From Moniliella sp. 'wahieum' (lineage: Eukaryota): 64,000 bases of DNA. Of the stretch, positions 11,737 to 26,092 are shown piece after piece. A program made the position numbers and the translations under genes. The stretch lies in assembly GCA_003971905.1 (NCBI GenBank), contig RSEE01000022.1, forward strand, positions 186,001 through 250,000, given 5' to 3'. The notes under the pieces are model-generated. The model saw nothing but the letters and a program-made list of their open reading frames with translations, made no database searches and was not told the DNA's origin. Position 1 is the stretch's first letter. The number at the start of each line of letters is the position of its first letter.

Positions 11737-11947
11737 GAGGCGAGATCGGAGAGCGGGCGTGCTGCGCTGAGCTGAGTCGCTGCGTCGGCGCGCCGAGGCG
11801 GGCGACTGGCGCTGCGCCCGACCAGAGCCCGCGAGCCAGAGCCCGCGAGCCAGCGCCTAGCCACGCCACGGCCTGCTTTTGCGCCCCCCACCCCCCACGT
11901 ACAGCGCGCCTCGTTCTGACGCTGTCTCTCCTTCTTGGCACCGCACC

Positions 11948-13969
11948 ATGGCCGCACTCCATCCCAGCCCCAGCATCGACAGCTTCTGCTCCGCCGTCCC
12001 TCGCTCTCCCCCAGCGACCCGCCCCGGCCCTCTGCCCCCTGCCCCTCTGCCCCCTCTGCCCCTCCGCCCCCCCCATCCCCCATGCCACGCCGCCCACGCC
12101 GGCGCCCCGCCTCGCCCATCCCGCTCCCGCGGACGACTGGGCTCTCGTGTCCCAGCTGACCACCCCCTCGCGCCGCGTCTCTCTCCCGCCCCTTCCTGCC
12201 GACCCCCTCGCCCACTCTCTGCCCAAGCCGGGCTCGGACCCCGTCTCGGCCGCCAGCAACCGGGTGGGTGCGCGGGCAGGCGGTCTTGCCCCCCTCTCTG
12301 CTGGAGCAGCGCATCTCGGCGTTGATCGGGTCCTCCTCCGAAGTCTCCTTGCCCGTATTTAACGATCCCTTTGGCGAGACGGCTGGTGTGCCGCTCCCCG
12401 CTCACCAGCCCGACGTCGCACACCTCGGCCTCGGTCCGTTCCGCGCGCTCGAACCGATCGCGCACGTCCCTCGCCTCGTTTCTCTTGCCTTCTTCCCTTC
12501 GCTTCCGGCGCAAGTCCCGGCAGCCGTCCAACGCGCTTCCGCCGCTCGCTGCCACCGCCGGCGCCCACTGCAGGTCCACCATCACCATCGCTTCCACCGC
12601 CGCGTCCGATTCGGCATCGGCTTCGCCCTCGGCATCTGGATCGGCATCGGTCTCTGCCGCGGCGCTGGCACCGGCCTCGGCATCCTCGCCTGCGCTCCCA
12701 GTCCCGCTCCCGGACCACTGTACACTGACGCGCGGCGGGAGCGGCGCAACGCGCTGTACGCCCGTGGTGGAAGGCGCGGTGGTGCATTCGGCGCCAGCCT
12801 CGGCTCGTACCTCGGCCGAACGCGAGACGCGCGCGACGGCACAGGCGTGCTGGCGCCGCGGGTGTACCAGTACGTGCCGCCTCCGCCCGAGCGGCACGGC
12901 AAGGAGAAGGTGGTGACTACCTACACGATTCCCGAGGGCCATGTGGGCAACTTGACCGCGGCGCAAGAGACGGCGCTGGCGCAGTTCGTCTTGGGTCTCC
13001 ACACTCAGGGGGAGCTGCGGCCATTCCCGACGCCGGCGGACCCCGTGTACCCGCTGCGGTGATCCGACCGGACGCGGTCCCGGACGCGCCCCCGGCGCCT
13101 GCTGGGGTGGAGCTAACGCCGCCGCCGCCAGCCGACGTTGAGGCGCGCGGCGGGCCGCCGTGTCTCGCGACACAGCAACGCATCCACCTGCTTCGCTGGC
13201 TGCGTGCGCGCGATTGGAACGTGCCCGCTGCGATGGACATGTACCGCCGTGCGCACCGGTGGAAGTACACGTCGCCGGCGGATGCGAGTGCGGCGGCGAT
13301 TGAGGCCGAGGTCGGCGTGCCGCCGTTGGATTTGGAGCACAAGTTGGCCCATGGCTGGACCTGGCCCGAGGCTGGCTTTGTTGCCCACCATGGCTGGCGC
13401 ATGTATTTCCACAAAACCGACAAGCTCGGTCGTCCGATCTTGATCCAGGACTTGGCCCAGATCGATACTGCGGCCATCTTTGGGCGCGTGACCGGCGCAG
13501 AGATTGTGACCAACTTTGCGGTCACGCTCGAGGCGGCGATCCGGTACCAGTATGCGTGTGCGTCGGCGCAGGTGCCGCGCACGGTGGAGGACAACTTGAT
13601 GATCATCAACGTCCAAGGCTTGGGGCTCAGCACGTTCTGGGCCATGAAGAACGAACTGCAGACGCTCCTGGCGCTGTTGGACAAACTTTCCCGAGCTCTC
13701 GGGCCGCGTGCAAATCATCAATGCACCCTGGGTGTTTGCCACCATGTTCAATTACATCAAGGCCTGGCTGCCCGCCGCGACGCGCGACAAGATCGATATC
13801 AAGGGCAGCGACTATGCGCGCACGCTGCGCGAATGGATCGCGCCCGATGCCCTGCCCGCTCCTTGGGCGGCTCCTGCACGTGCGGCGACCATGCGTGTGC
13901 GTGGGACGGCGCGCAGACCCAGCGCGCCGCCGCGGCCGTGGCCAGCGTCGCGTCCTTGGGCAGCGGCCT

Positions 13970-14002
<33 letters not shown>

Positions 14003-14237
14003 GTCCGGCTTGGCACTGGCCACGCCGCTGACGACACCAGGCGCCTCGTCGGCCGCCCTGGCGGCCATGGGCACCGACACGGCCAAGGCCGGCACGCTGC
14101 CTGCCACCCAGTTTGAGACGCTCGCCTTGCCGCCCGTGCCGGGGGGGCTGTGCACGGTGACGAATGCCGGGCCGTGGCCGCGGACGTATGGCGGGTACCA
14201 GCACCTGCGCTTTGGCCCGAGCTTGGTGGCGCACTGA
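11948..14237 (+). CDS. Sec14/CRAL-TRIO lipid-transfer domain protein with a long low-complexity N-terminus (frameshifted)
   Basis: GHVGNLTAAQETALAQF and LLRWLRARDWNV (CRAL-TRIO N), YFHKTDKLGRPILIQ, IINVQGLG, QIINAPWVFATMFNYIKAWLPAATRDKIDI; split over ORFs 12268, 13059 and 13708. Confidence 0.85.
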
Positions 14238-14441
14238 GTGGGAGCACTGGTGGAGGAGGAGGGTTATGGTACTGGTACTGGTGCTGGTACGGAGGATTGA
14301 CGACGACGCACATATAGGATGGACGCGATGCATACAATCATTTGAGTTGGATGGGAAGAACCCCAGTGGGGGTTAGTAAGATCGAAGAGTGTGGTGTGAT
14401 GCTGATGGATAGCCGCGCCCTGGGCAGCAGCCACGCGCAGG

Positions 14442-14788
14442 TCACATGTCACATGTCACATGTGGCTGTCACATGCCCTGACAGACATCCCATCACGTGC
14501 CACATCACATGTCGCATGGGGGCATGTCACCTGTCACCCGGTATCAACATACCAGCGCATCCCACACGCTCACCCGCCCGGCCTCTCGGCCTCGGCTGCT
14601 CTCCTCGCCCGCATCCAAGGATAGCACAAACGCCAGGCACCAGCCCCGCACCGCACCTGTGTGTGCGCAGCCGCCGCGGGGGCTGCCTGGCGCATGTCAC
14701 ACACGTCACAGCGCCATGCCATGCATGCCACCGCATGCATCCCACATCCCACATCATGCATCCCACATCACACATCCCACATCCCACG
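14442..14788. repeat. (TCA CATG)n lattice and degenerate 7-mer (TCC CACA / TCA TGCA) array upstream of adenylate cyclase
   Basis: 14442-14462 TCA CATG x3; 14733-14788 eight 7-bp units in register. Confidence 0.8.
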
Positions 14789-15254
14789 CGGGCCCCCAGG
14801 CGCAGTGTGAGCTTCGCACGGGCGGTGGCGGGGTGCTGCTGCTGCATGCTGCATGCTGGGGGCTGGCCTGGGGCGGACCCGCACCGCCTGCACGCACGCT
14901 GCACCCCGCAGCCGCTGGGCGATGCATGGGGCGGGTGCTCCCGTGCGCGTGTCACGTGGCGTGCGTGGGCGCTGCTACACCCCCCGCAGCCACGCGCGCC
15001 GGCTGGGCTGCGGCGCTGCTCCCGCCTGCTGGGTGCCCAGCCTGGGCGCCCGCCCCGCTGCTGCGCCGCCACCTGCGATGCGTCAGCGTCACCGCCACCC
15101 CATCGGAGCACGCCGTCACGCGTCACAGCAGGCCGCCATGCAGGAGCAGCAGCCTGCCGGGCACCGCGCGGCACCCCCCCACCCCACCCCACCCCACCTT
15201 GCCCCACCCACACCTCCTGCCTGCTGCGCCTCCATCCTGCTCCGCCGCGCCCCC

Positions 15255-18200
15255 ATGGTCTTGCGCCGCCGCGCTCTCTCCAGCTCCGCCACCCTCTCCA
15301 GCACCGCCCCCCCCCCCCCACGCCTCCGCCGCCTCCCTCGCCCCCTCCAGCGCCTCCGCCGGCACCCCCGCCGCCCCCGCCGCCGCCCCCGCCTCCGCCT
15401 CCGACCACACCCGTCGCCCGCGCCGCCAAGCGCGCGGCGGCACCATCCTCGCCATCCTCAAGCATGCCACCCACGCCGCCCACCCGTCCCCCGCTCCCTC
15501 CGACCACCCGTCCCCCGCCCCTCTGCTGGCCCGCCGCAGACCCAGGGCGCAGGCCGCGGCCGCGATCGCCGCCTCCGCACCCTGCCTCTGGCTGGTTCCG
15601 CCGCGGCGTATGCCTCGGCCTCGGCCTCTGCCTCTGCCTCTGCCTCTGCTCCCGTCCGTCGCTCGCCCACCCCCATCACGCGTACTCCTCCCCCGCCTCC
15701 ACCCCGCCGGTAGCCCCAAAGCCCATGCCAGCGCACCCCGCCCCGTCCCCCTGCCCTTCCCCTTGCCCTACCCGCTGCCTCTGCTCTGCCTCCACCTCCA
15801 CCTCTACCCCCCGCGTGGCTGGCCAGGAGAGCACGCCCAGTGTGCTGGGACTCGGACTGGGCGTGGAGGAGCAGGCACCCAGCAGTGCGAGGACGAGGAG
15901 CGGCAGCCGCCGCTTCCCTACACGCCTCCGCCCCGCCCCGGGCTCCCGGCGACCAGCTTTGACTTTGAACGGCCCCGGCTGGCTCGATTCTCGGCCCTCG
16001 GGCGAGGCCGCCTACTCGCATGGATCCGCCTCGCCCCCGCTTGCCCCACCGTGGCTCGCCCGCCCGCCCGCCAATGCCGCCTTGGACACCGCCGCCCACC
16101 CGGACGCCGACCCGCTCGACCCCGAGACGGCTTTCCATTCGCCCCCGTCGCCCGTCGGCTCTGGCCACGTGCCGCTGCCACCGTCCGGCCCTGGTCCTGG
16201 CCCTGGTCCTGGTCATCATCATGGCATCTTCCCCTGCTGCGCGCCATCCTGGCAGTGGTGCCCGGGCCCCGTCCCAGCCTCGAGTCGGCGGGTACCCCCC
16301 CTTTTGCCCCATCCCCATCCTCACTCTTCTCTGCCGCCTGCCACCACTTCCACCCACCGCTCTCCCAGCCCCCCCGGCTCTCGCTCAGCTTCGACGCCAC
16401 GATCGAGCTCGGCCTCCCGGTCGGCTTCTGCCTCGCGCTCCCGCTCCCACATACGTACGCGTAGCCATTCCCGCGGCCGATCCGCCTCCCCCGCTACGTT
16501 GGCCGAACATCCCTCGCTCGCAATGGACCGCCCGCGCCGCCCCAACCGGTCGCATTTGCCCTTTCATCCCAAGAAGCGTGCTGCCCACGACACCCAGTCC
16601 CAACGTTCTCTTGATGCCGGGCTGACCAATGTGCTGGCCACTTCGTCCTCTGATACCTCCCTGCGCCCTGCTGCTGATGACGACGACGCTGGCTCCACCA
16701 CCCATCCCCCAATCACGATCACGGGTTCCGGATTCACTTGGGTGGATTGTTCAAAAAACATCATCACCGTCATCCTGCCCCTTCTTCTCACCACCATTCC
16801 CATCACCATCACAACTCCTCCCCTGGCCCTGTCCAAGCAGCACCGTCTCATTCTGTCTCAGCAAGCACAGCAGCGCATCTTCCGTCCCTCCCCTCTGTAC
16901 TGGATCCAGCACGCACCCCATCCCCAGCTCACCCTTCGGCCCACGATCCCCTCCGGTCCTCCACATCGCTCCCTACCCCTCCGGGAACGAATCAACCTGT
17001 CCCGGCCTCGCCTGGGCTCGAAGTGGGGGGGCCCTGGCCATTCTTTGCCCCGGCCCACCCCTACACCCTGCCGCCTGGGTCCAGTAGTCCAGCAGCCCCC
17101 TCGGCTCCCATCGCACATGAGAGCAGCTTTATTCCCGCTCGCCCGGCTCGCCCCGGCTCCTGGCAGCCGCGCCGCCAGCAACGATCGACCTCCGCTTTGA
17201 TCCCAACGACGTGACTGCCTTTGTGGATCCCCACCGGCTGTCTCGACCCTCGTCCCCATCTCGGTCTCGCTCCACCTCGCGTCCACCCCGGTCTGGATCT
17301 ACGTCGCGTGCGCCGTCGCGCGCATCCCCGCCCCGACTGCCCTCCCAGCCCGTTTCCCGCGCCGCCTCGCCCATCATTCGGGTCCAGCTCCTGTGGTGCA
17401 AGAGGAAGATAAGATGGGCAAACCAGGGCCGTCGGTCCCTGCCTCATCGCGAATAGGTAGGCCATTGAAGGGGCTGCGCTCTCACTCAGACACACGTGGT
17501 ATGCGCGGCTCCCCGTTCCTTCCTACTTTCCCTCCATTTGGCATTCCTCCCAGCAAGAAGTCCATCCCCTGCCCCCACTTCCACCCCCACGCCCACGCCC
17601 ACGCCCCCGCCCCCTGCGCCGCCTCCCCACCCATCGTGCCGCCGAGTCGGTACTGCAACGCCCACCTATTCAGCCCCTTGCCACCCCACACGGCCCCCCG
17701 CAGTCCAATCCTTTCTGGCCTCCAGGCCGATTCCGCGTCGGACGCGCTCCTTCCCGAGCGCGGCAGGGTTCGATCTCTGGCTCTGGCACCGGTTCGGTGT
17801 CGGGTTCGGGCTCGGTGTTGGCCGCTGCGTCGTGGTCCGCCCCGGACAGTTGGGCGGTCAATCCGCCTTCGCCCCCCTCGTTGAGCTCGCGACGAGAGGA
17901 GGAAGAAGAGGAAACGTGGATGCGCTACTGGACAGCAACACAGTGCTCCGGCTCAGTTCATTCCACCGGTAGTCTCGCCCGTGGCTGGGAGCGAAGAGAC
18001 GCCGGTCACTGCGCCCCCGCGCGGCCCGAACAATTGGATGGGCACCGGATTCCTGGGCTGTTCAAGCGGAAGGCGGAGGGTCGGAACCGGGCGAGGAAAG
18101 GTCTTCTTCCTCCCTCGACACGGTTTCTACCCCGCAAGAGAAGGAGGCCGAATGCGCGCCAACGGAATGGCTCCCAGCCCGCAGCTCCTCCCCCGACTCG

Positions 18201-21200
18201 TTTTCGACCCATCGTGGCTCGGTGGCCACCTTGGGGCCGGACCTAGGTGGCGGGCGGCACAGGTCCGACTCGGCCTCGGTTCTGCCCGCTCCGTCGCCCG
18301 AATCTTCCACCTTCTCCCTCATTCGTCCTGCCACCGATCGGCCGCACCACACGCAGTCCATCCGTTCGGTCCAGTCGGGCCATTCGACGCATTCGAACCA
18401 CTCGGGCCACTCTGGCACCTCGCAGCACCCGGCCTCGACTAAGAAACCTGCGCCGCGAAACGCGCGCGGTGGGCGGCGGGTTGGCAGCCGCGTCGGGCGC
18501 GGTGGGCACCGCAGCGTCCCTGTTTGGCGGTTGCGCAACAACCCGCCCGCGTGGCTGTGCTCGGCCGGTACGGCCACCATCACCATCGTGAGCCAGCCAA
18601 GGAAGCGCCTATCGTCGACCCGCCTTCCCGCTACGCTTCTCCCGCGCCCGCGTCGCCGCGCCGGCGTACTGGGGCAACCAGCACCCTCTCGGGTCTCCCC
18701 GAGACGGCGGTACCTCATTATGCGTGGATGTTGGGCTCGCGCGAGCGAACGGGCAGTCCGTCCATTGCGTCGCACCACTCTTCGTTGGCGCCGCCGCCGG
18801 CGGCGCCGCCTGCGGCGCGCCCTTTTCCAGCCCTGGTTCGGCTGCCGTGTCGGGCATGTGGGCGGACGAAGCAGGCGGCGGATCGGATCTCTTGTCGGTC
18901 TACCGGCATGTGGTTGTGGCAAGCGAGCCGGCTCGGCGCTTGGGCTTGACGCGACCCAGTGTGGCCACGGGCGCCACGACCACCACCACCTCCACCTCCT
19001 CGGGCGAGAGGCCAAGGCGCATTTGGTCCGCATCTGGCTCCCCGACGGTTCCTTCACCACCTTGGGTCTTACCCCGCAGACCACCGTCCAGGAACCAAGG
19101 CGATTTTGACCCGCAAACCCTCGTTCTGGTCCTTGGGCAATTCGTTCCGCTTGTTCGTGTGGGACAAGGGTGCTGGTACGTCCTCGATATCCCCTGCCTC
19201 CCTGTTGCTTGATCCAGCTGGTCCTGGTGTGTGGCGCATGTCTGACCTGACCTGACCCGGGGTTGCGTTTGCCAGAGCGTCCCTTGGGTCCCAACGAGCG
19301 GCCGGCGGTGATGCAGCGCCGCCGTCTCATGCAGGCTGGCTACACGGACGCCGATGGGTTGGAGGAGATTGGCAAGGACGACTTGTCCTACTTTCTCAAG
19401 TTTATCTACCGGCCCGATTTTGTGCCGACGTTTGACTCGGACAGCTTTGGCAACGATCCCGCCCGCTACGCCAACCTGGACCTTCACGCACGCAACTTGG
19501 AGATGGTGCCCTCTTTCTCTACAAGCATGCTGACTGGATCCTGTCGCTCGACCTGTCTGGCAACCCGATCCCCGACGTGCCAGCGGACTTTGTTCAAATG
19601 TGCACCCACCTTCGCCACCTGACCTTGACCAACTTGGCGCTCAAGCGCATCCCAGCTGGTGTGCGCGTCTCTGCCTCCCTCACCCACCTCGACGTGAGCA
19701 ACAACCGTATCCTCCGCCTCGAGCCGTCGCTGGAGGAGTGCCAAAATTTGTGCTCGATCAAGGCGCAGAACAACCGGTTGTACCAGCTGCCATCGTGGGT
19801 GGCCAACGTTGACTCGCTTCGCACCCTCCATTTGTCCAACAACCGCTTTGATGTGCTGCCGCCCGTGGTGACCCAGTTGCGCAACTTGGCCGATCTGGAC
19901 GTGTCGTTCAACAACCTCCATACGCTGCCTCCCGAGATGGCCAACCTGGCCAACCTGGAGCACCTCAAGGTGGTGGGCAACTCGTTGGAACGCTTGCCGG
20001 ACCAGATGGCGCAGTTGGGCAATCTGCAAACGATTGATCTGCGCCGCAACTTGGTGCACGACGTGTCGATCCTGTTTGCCATGCCGCGGGTGAATGTGGT
20101 GAAATGCGAGCACAATCAGATCCGCCACTTTGAAGCCACGTTGGGCGCCAAGATGCGGATTCTGGAAGTGGGGCAGAACCCAATGACCAAGGTCTCTCTC
20201 GGTGCCTTGTCCGCCTCGGACCTCACCAGCCTCAACTTGAGCTCCACCAACATGGCTCGCTTGGACGAGGGCTTGTTCCGCCTGCTGCCTTCGCTCACCG
20301 AGCTCGTTTTGGACCGCAACCAATTCGTCACCCTGCCCGATTCCTTGGGCCAGCTGACCAACCTGGTCGTCTTTAGCGTCAGTAACAACAACTTGGTCGC
20401 CCTGCCCGATTCGATTGGCAACCTGCGCAACTTGACCCGGCTCAACATTCAGAACAACAACCTCAAACATCTGCCCGCTTCCATTTGGCACTGCGCCGCC
20501 CTGTACCGTCTCAACGTCACGTCCAACTTGCTCGAAGCCTTTCCTGCCCCGCCGGCTACGCCCTTGGCCCCAGCGCTGGCCGCGTCGGAGACCACGTCGC
20601 TGCTGCCGGGCACCAGCTCTGCTTCGGGCACCAGCACCTCGGCCACAACGTCGGATGCTAGCCGCCAAGGCTCGGTGGGCTCGACGCTGCCGTCATCAAT
20701 GGCGACGACGGTGCTGCCGCCGCTGGCATGCAGTTTGCGCCAATTGCGCCTGGCGGACAACCATGTGGCAGACGATGTGTTTACGATTTTGCGCTTGTTT
20801 ACCGAGCTCGAGGTGCTCAACTTGAGCTTCAACGAGATTTACGAAGTGCCGAGCCACACGTTATCCGCCCACACGCGGCTGCAGGAACTGTACTTGTCTG
20901 GCAACAGTTTGACCAGTGTGCCGGAAGACTTGCTGGGCCTGCCTGACCTGCGCATCCTCTTCCTCAATGGCAACAAGCTCCAGACGCTCCCGGCCGAGCT
21001 GGGGCACATGACGGCTGGTCAAGCTCGACGTGGGCAACAACAACCTCAAGTACAATGTGGCGAATTGGACGTACGATTGGAACTGGAACAACAACCCCGA
21101 CTTGCGCTACCTCAACTTGAGTGGCAACAAGCGCTTTGAGATCAACTCCAAGTTCATCACCCTCTATGGCCGCCGGCAAAACATTACCGACTTTAGCAAC

Positions 21201-23544
21201 GTGCGCTCTCTCCGCGTCTTGGGCCTGATGGACGTGACGGTGGCCACGAGCTCGACGCCGGACGATGTGATGAACCGACGGGTGCGCACCTCTCTCTCCA
21301 AAGTCAACCGTCTGTCGTATGGAATTGCCGATGCGCTGGGCGAGCGCGACTCGCTGCACACGGTGGATGTGGTGGTGCCGGATTTCCGCAAGCGCGATGG
21401 ACAGGAGGCGTTGCTGGGCTTGTTTGCGGGCCGGGGCACGGATGCGAGTGGGGGCAGCAAGATTGCCCGCTTCATGGCCGAGGGCTTGTCGGTGCAGTTG
21501 GAAAAACAACTCATGTTGTTGGACGCCGATCCCGAGGGCGGCACAGTGGAAGATTGTCTGCGCCGGTCGTTTCTCTATCTCAACTCGCTCTTTGCCCAGC
21601 TCATCTCGGACGAACATAAGCGCCGCACCTCGGACGCGCGCGTGCACGCACTGGAAACCCGCTTGCCCATCAACCGGTCCGACCTCACCTCGCTGCCCGA
21701 GTGGACCGAGGGTTGCTCGGCCGTGGTGGCCTACTTGACGGACGCACGTTGTACATTGCCAATGCGGGCGATGCGCTGGCCGTGCTGAGCCACACAGGCG
21801 GGCAGGCAGAGCTGCTGGGCCACAAGCACGAGCCCTTTGACCGCGACGAGACACAACGAATTCGCACGGCGGAAGGGTGGGTGTCGCTGCGCGGGTGCGT
21901 GAACGATGTACTGGACGTGTCGCGTGGGTTTGGGTACTATCATCTGTTCCCGGTGGTCAATGCGGCACCAGCGGTACGCAAGGTCGTCTTGGCTGATTCG
22001 GACGAATTTTTGATCTTGGCCAACCGTCTCTATGGCAGTTCCTCTCCTACCAGACCGCCGTCGACATTGCGCGCATGGAACGCGACGACCCGATGAACGC
22101 GGCGCAGCGCCTGCGCGACCTGGCCATCTCCTACGGCGGCGACGAGAGCATCATGGTGATGATCTTGTCGGTGGCGGATCTATTTGGCCACGGCCGGGCC
22201 AAGCGACCGGACTGGCCACGTCCGACACGGATGGCATGCGGCGCAAACGGTTTGGCGAATCGCTGGGCGGGAGTTTGCCCGCGGACCGCAACTTGGCTCG
22301 GTTGGAGCGCGAAGTGGCGCCGCCCATTGGCCAGATCGCACTCGTGTTTACCGACATTCAAAATTCCACCCGCTTATGGGAGACCAACTCGGGCATGCAC
22401 ACCGCTATGCGCATCCACAACTCGCTCCTTCGTCGTCAACTGCGCGTCGTGGCCGGGTTTGAAAGTAAGGTCGAAGGCGATGGGATGATGGTACGTCTGG
22501 GTTCCCATGGGCGCTTGGCGCTTCCTTTGTGCACGCATGTGGTCGGCCGATTTTCTGACTGGGATCTCTCTTTTTTTGTTTCTGGGACTTTAGGCTAGCT
22601 TTTCGAGCGTGTCGGCTGCGCTGTTGTGGTGCTTTAATGTGCAAATGCTTCTTCTGAAAGAGGATTGGCCTCAAGAGCTGCTTGAGAGCGAGGAGGGCAA
22701 GGAGGTACGCGACGAGGAGGGTAACGTGATTTACCGTGGCCTTCGGCTCCGGATGGGCATTCATTGGGGAAGTCCGGTGTGTGAGCCCGACCCGATTACG
22801 GGGCGGATGGACTACTTTGGTCCGATGGTCAACCGGGCCGCGCGGATTCAGAGTGCGGCGCGCGGCGGGCAAATTTTTGTGAGCCAGGACGTGGTGCAAG
22901 AACTGACGGACACGATGGGCGCCTTGGACTCGACCAACCCGGCGCGGACGGAAGAGGAGGAGGTGGGACACCAGGCCAGTCGCGACGTGACCTTGCTCCG
23001 CCGGATGGGATTCGGCATCAAGGAAATTGGCTTCCGTCGGCTCAAGGGACTGGAGAGTCCCGAGCTGCTGTACAATGTGTACCCGAGCGCGATTGCCGGG
23101 CGGCTGCTGCACGATCCGTCGCTACAGGACCCGGCGGTACCGTTGCGGGTGTTTGAACCGACGGTGTGCAGTTGCTGGACGCGCAGCAGGTGCGCCAGAT
23201 GGCGCTGTTGTGCGTGCGCATCGAGGCCTTGAGCGCCGGCCACGTATTTGCCGGCCTCGCGACGGACGAGGGCGGTGGCCTGCTCCCGGCCTGTAAGAGG
23301 TCCTTGATGGTCGAGCAAACAGCGACGGCGCAACCAGAGTTGCTCGTATGCGGGGTACGCGACGATGCATCGGACGAAGAGTTGGCGGTGGTGCTGGCCC
23401 AGGTTACCACTCGCCTGGCCAATGCGGCGAGCAAGATGACACTGGACTCGATGCTGGCCACGGCCGGCGCGGGCGCGGGACGGGCTGGGCGTGCCGCTTG
23501 CGGAGCTGCATGCGCTCGTCGCGCGGCTGCAGCGCCTGGGCTGA
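15255..23544 (+). CDS. CYR1: Fungal adenylate cyclase (RA domain, LRRs, PP2C-like domain, class III cyclase domain)
   Basis: HLVRIWLPDGSFTTL and ERPLGPNERPAVMQRRRLMQAGY (RA); long LRR array 19577-21139; NLKYNVANWTYDWNWNNNPDLRYLNLSGN; PP2C LYIANAGDALAVLS; cyclase ALVFTDIQNSTRLWE, EGDG, GLRLRMGIHWG, RMDYFGPMVNRAARI. Introns near 19177-19275 and 22492-22593. Start is inferred. Confidence 0.95.
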
Positions 23545-23683
23545 TTGAGCGCGCAAGATCTGGCCTGAACGCGCTGGTGCGACGGGCACGCTGCCGAGGC
23601 GAGGGGGGGATGAGGGGCTGGTGGAAGGCGAGAGATGTGGGGTTCTACTAGCTATGGGAGCCGCAGAAGGCTGTTTGGTTCCA

Positions 23684-26092
23684 TTAATGTACATATAATA
23701 CACGCATCAGAGCGTGGAACCCCTCTGGAGATGTGTGGCTCTCACCGTTCCATTGGAACCAAGCAGCGTTGTGGACGCTCTCGGAGCCTACACAGCTGAA
23801 TCCACAGCGCCTGATATGTAGTACCATTGTAGTGTATTGTTGCCGGCCAGGTTCGGTGGCTGCGCCGCTTGTCCACATATCCTTGCTCGCGCTACAGGCC
23901 CATGTGCTCAAGAGCCTGCTGCCTCCAGTCCACTGCACTAACGAGATGATCCTGCCCGTGGCGTCGCGCAGGCCCACCCCTGCCTTAGTGGGAGTCAAGT
24001 GCAACGTCGGCGCGCCCCTTTCGATTGGCGGTAAGGCGGCCCAGGCAGCCATGCCCTGCGACCCCGCTCCCTTTCCCACCTCCAACTCGGTCGCACACAG
24101 GGGGCCAGTGCGGGCCCAGTGGACCAAGACGGCCAGGTCCCATGGCTGTTGCTTTTGTGGATGGCACGCACCGCCTGCCCCGCGAAGCAGAAGCAGGTTC
24201 CCCTCGCATTCGGCCCAAAGTGTGTCGCCCCGTTGGATTTGACCATGCGGGTTGATAAAGTAGCCGTGGCTGACCCCCGTTGTGAATCCATCGATCCGCA
24301 CCAGCTCGCTTGTGCCGATGCGTGTCGGAAAAAGGCATTGTAGTGTCGGAAGAGAACGAGGCAGCCTTTGCGGTACTGGATGACCAGCGTCTCTGTCGTG
24401 CTGTCAACGTGGATCCGATCGAAGCACAAGTTGGAAAGGGTGTCATCCTGTCCTATCACTCGTTAGCCCTGCCGCCCACCATATGAAAACCAAGGGTAGG
24501 CAATCGGCTCACCATATCCTCATCCCACCTCTGGCACGATACTTGCATGGATCCATCTAGGGACGATGGGCCTGCAAATGTGACACGGCGCGCCCAGGCT
24601 TCACTCCGGTGGGCGTGCCTTCGGGGGACAAGAGTCCCATGTGCATACTCCAAACCGCAGTCCAGTGGCCGCCGAAACGGCGCGAATGTCTAGCCGGTCA
24701 TGCCCCTGATGTACGAAGGGAACCGACACGAAAAGAACGAGCCGTCAAACGCGACGCTCTCTCGTAACACCCAGTCAGCCAGGTGATGGTCATAGTCATC
24801 CCTGTAGAAAACAATTCCGGCCAGACGCAAACATGCACACACAATGTCAGAAAACACATCCGAACAGAGTGCACCGAGAGTAGGGTGCAGATAGGTCTCC
24901 GCTAAGGAAAGAGAAAGGACGGGTTCGTACCGTTGGGCGGCTAAGGATATGCTTCGAAATGGGCTGGGGTCCCAACAACCCACCTGTTGCTTGTCTGAGG
25001 AGATGTGAAGATGGTAAATTTCCCTTCGTCTTGAGAATTGACCGTGAAAAGGCTAACAGGGCAAACATCAAGCCGGTGTATAAGGCGGGTTAATATATCG
25101 GTACAGACAGCAAACCGCTGGGGACCAAAACTCATACCTGGATAGGAGGGGTGGCGCAAAAAGTCGGGCATTAGTAGCACATGGAACCGTGCACAGTTGT
25201 TTCAAGTGTCCTGAACGAGGAGGGTGCCCAAGCTTGGACGGAGGTATACTCGCTTCTGTTTGGAAGACGTAGGCTGGTTGCCCGCGACCATCATCACGCA
25301 TGCAGAGTATTAGAACAAACATTAATACCAATCATCAGACGCCCCTTCAAAAACTCTTTTTGCCGGGAAAAGGGGGGAAAGGATCGTCATTACTCACATA
25401 GATGTTCAGAAAGGACACTCACAACATATGTTCCTCCACAGGCAAACGTATCGAGGGGTAAATTTGGTATTGGGGCAGTTGCGATTCTGATGTTGCCCTC
25501 CATTGTCGAGTCGTATATGCTGTAAGCCAATCCCGCTCCCTCAACCACCGATGGGGGGGCAAGAATGGTCCCGTCAGGAAACTCAGTGACAAAGTCATTC
25601 TGAAGCGGCGTCATAGGTGGGGCCCCACTTCCAGCGACAGTGTGGGGACGTTCGCGCGGATGGCAAACGGAATGGTGCCAGAATCCGTTCCAACGCCAAG
25701 TTGCCGCGCCATAAGGTGATGAAACACTACTAGACGGTCCCACGATTTGGGAGAATTGTGCACAGCCGGGGGATCCCAGGTATGAATGTCAAGGTCAGGC
25801 AACTGCATTGGCGATTCTTCGGTGGATGGTGTACCCAGGTGCCACCGCCGAGCCAAGCGATGCCAAAGCGCGGGACAGGTGGAGACGGCATGCCAGGCTG
25901 TGGAGGATGGCATGCGCGTATAGGATGAAAACTGTCAGCGGACAAGTAATAGATATGCAAAAAGTGGTTATACAGAGTACAAAGAGAAGAGAGACGACGC
26001 ACCACGACATGTGCGGCCGAGGCGGACAATCTCAGCGGGTGCCAACACACCGATGCCGCGATTTCCAGGCGCAGTTCAAAGGGCAGCAGCAT
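23684..26092 (-). CDS. Probable F-box protein (multi-exon, frameshifted)
   Basis: N-terminal MLLPFELRLEIAAS followed by TAWHAVSTCPALWHRL matches the F-box LPxE...W...LW pattern. Downstream coding-like ORFs lie at 25390, 24690, 23995 and 23684 on the minus strand. Confidence 0.45.

Noticed and set aside
14342..17200. 952-aa and other long Pro/Arg-rich ORFs on both strands
   Set aside because: Stop-poor GC-rich shadow frames overlapping the CYR1 promoter and its frameshifted low-complexity N-terminus; no independent domain signal.
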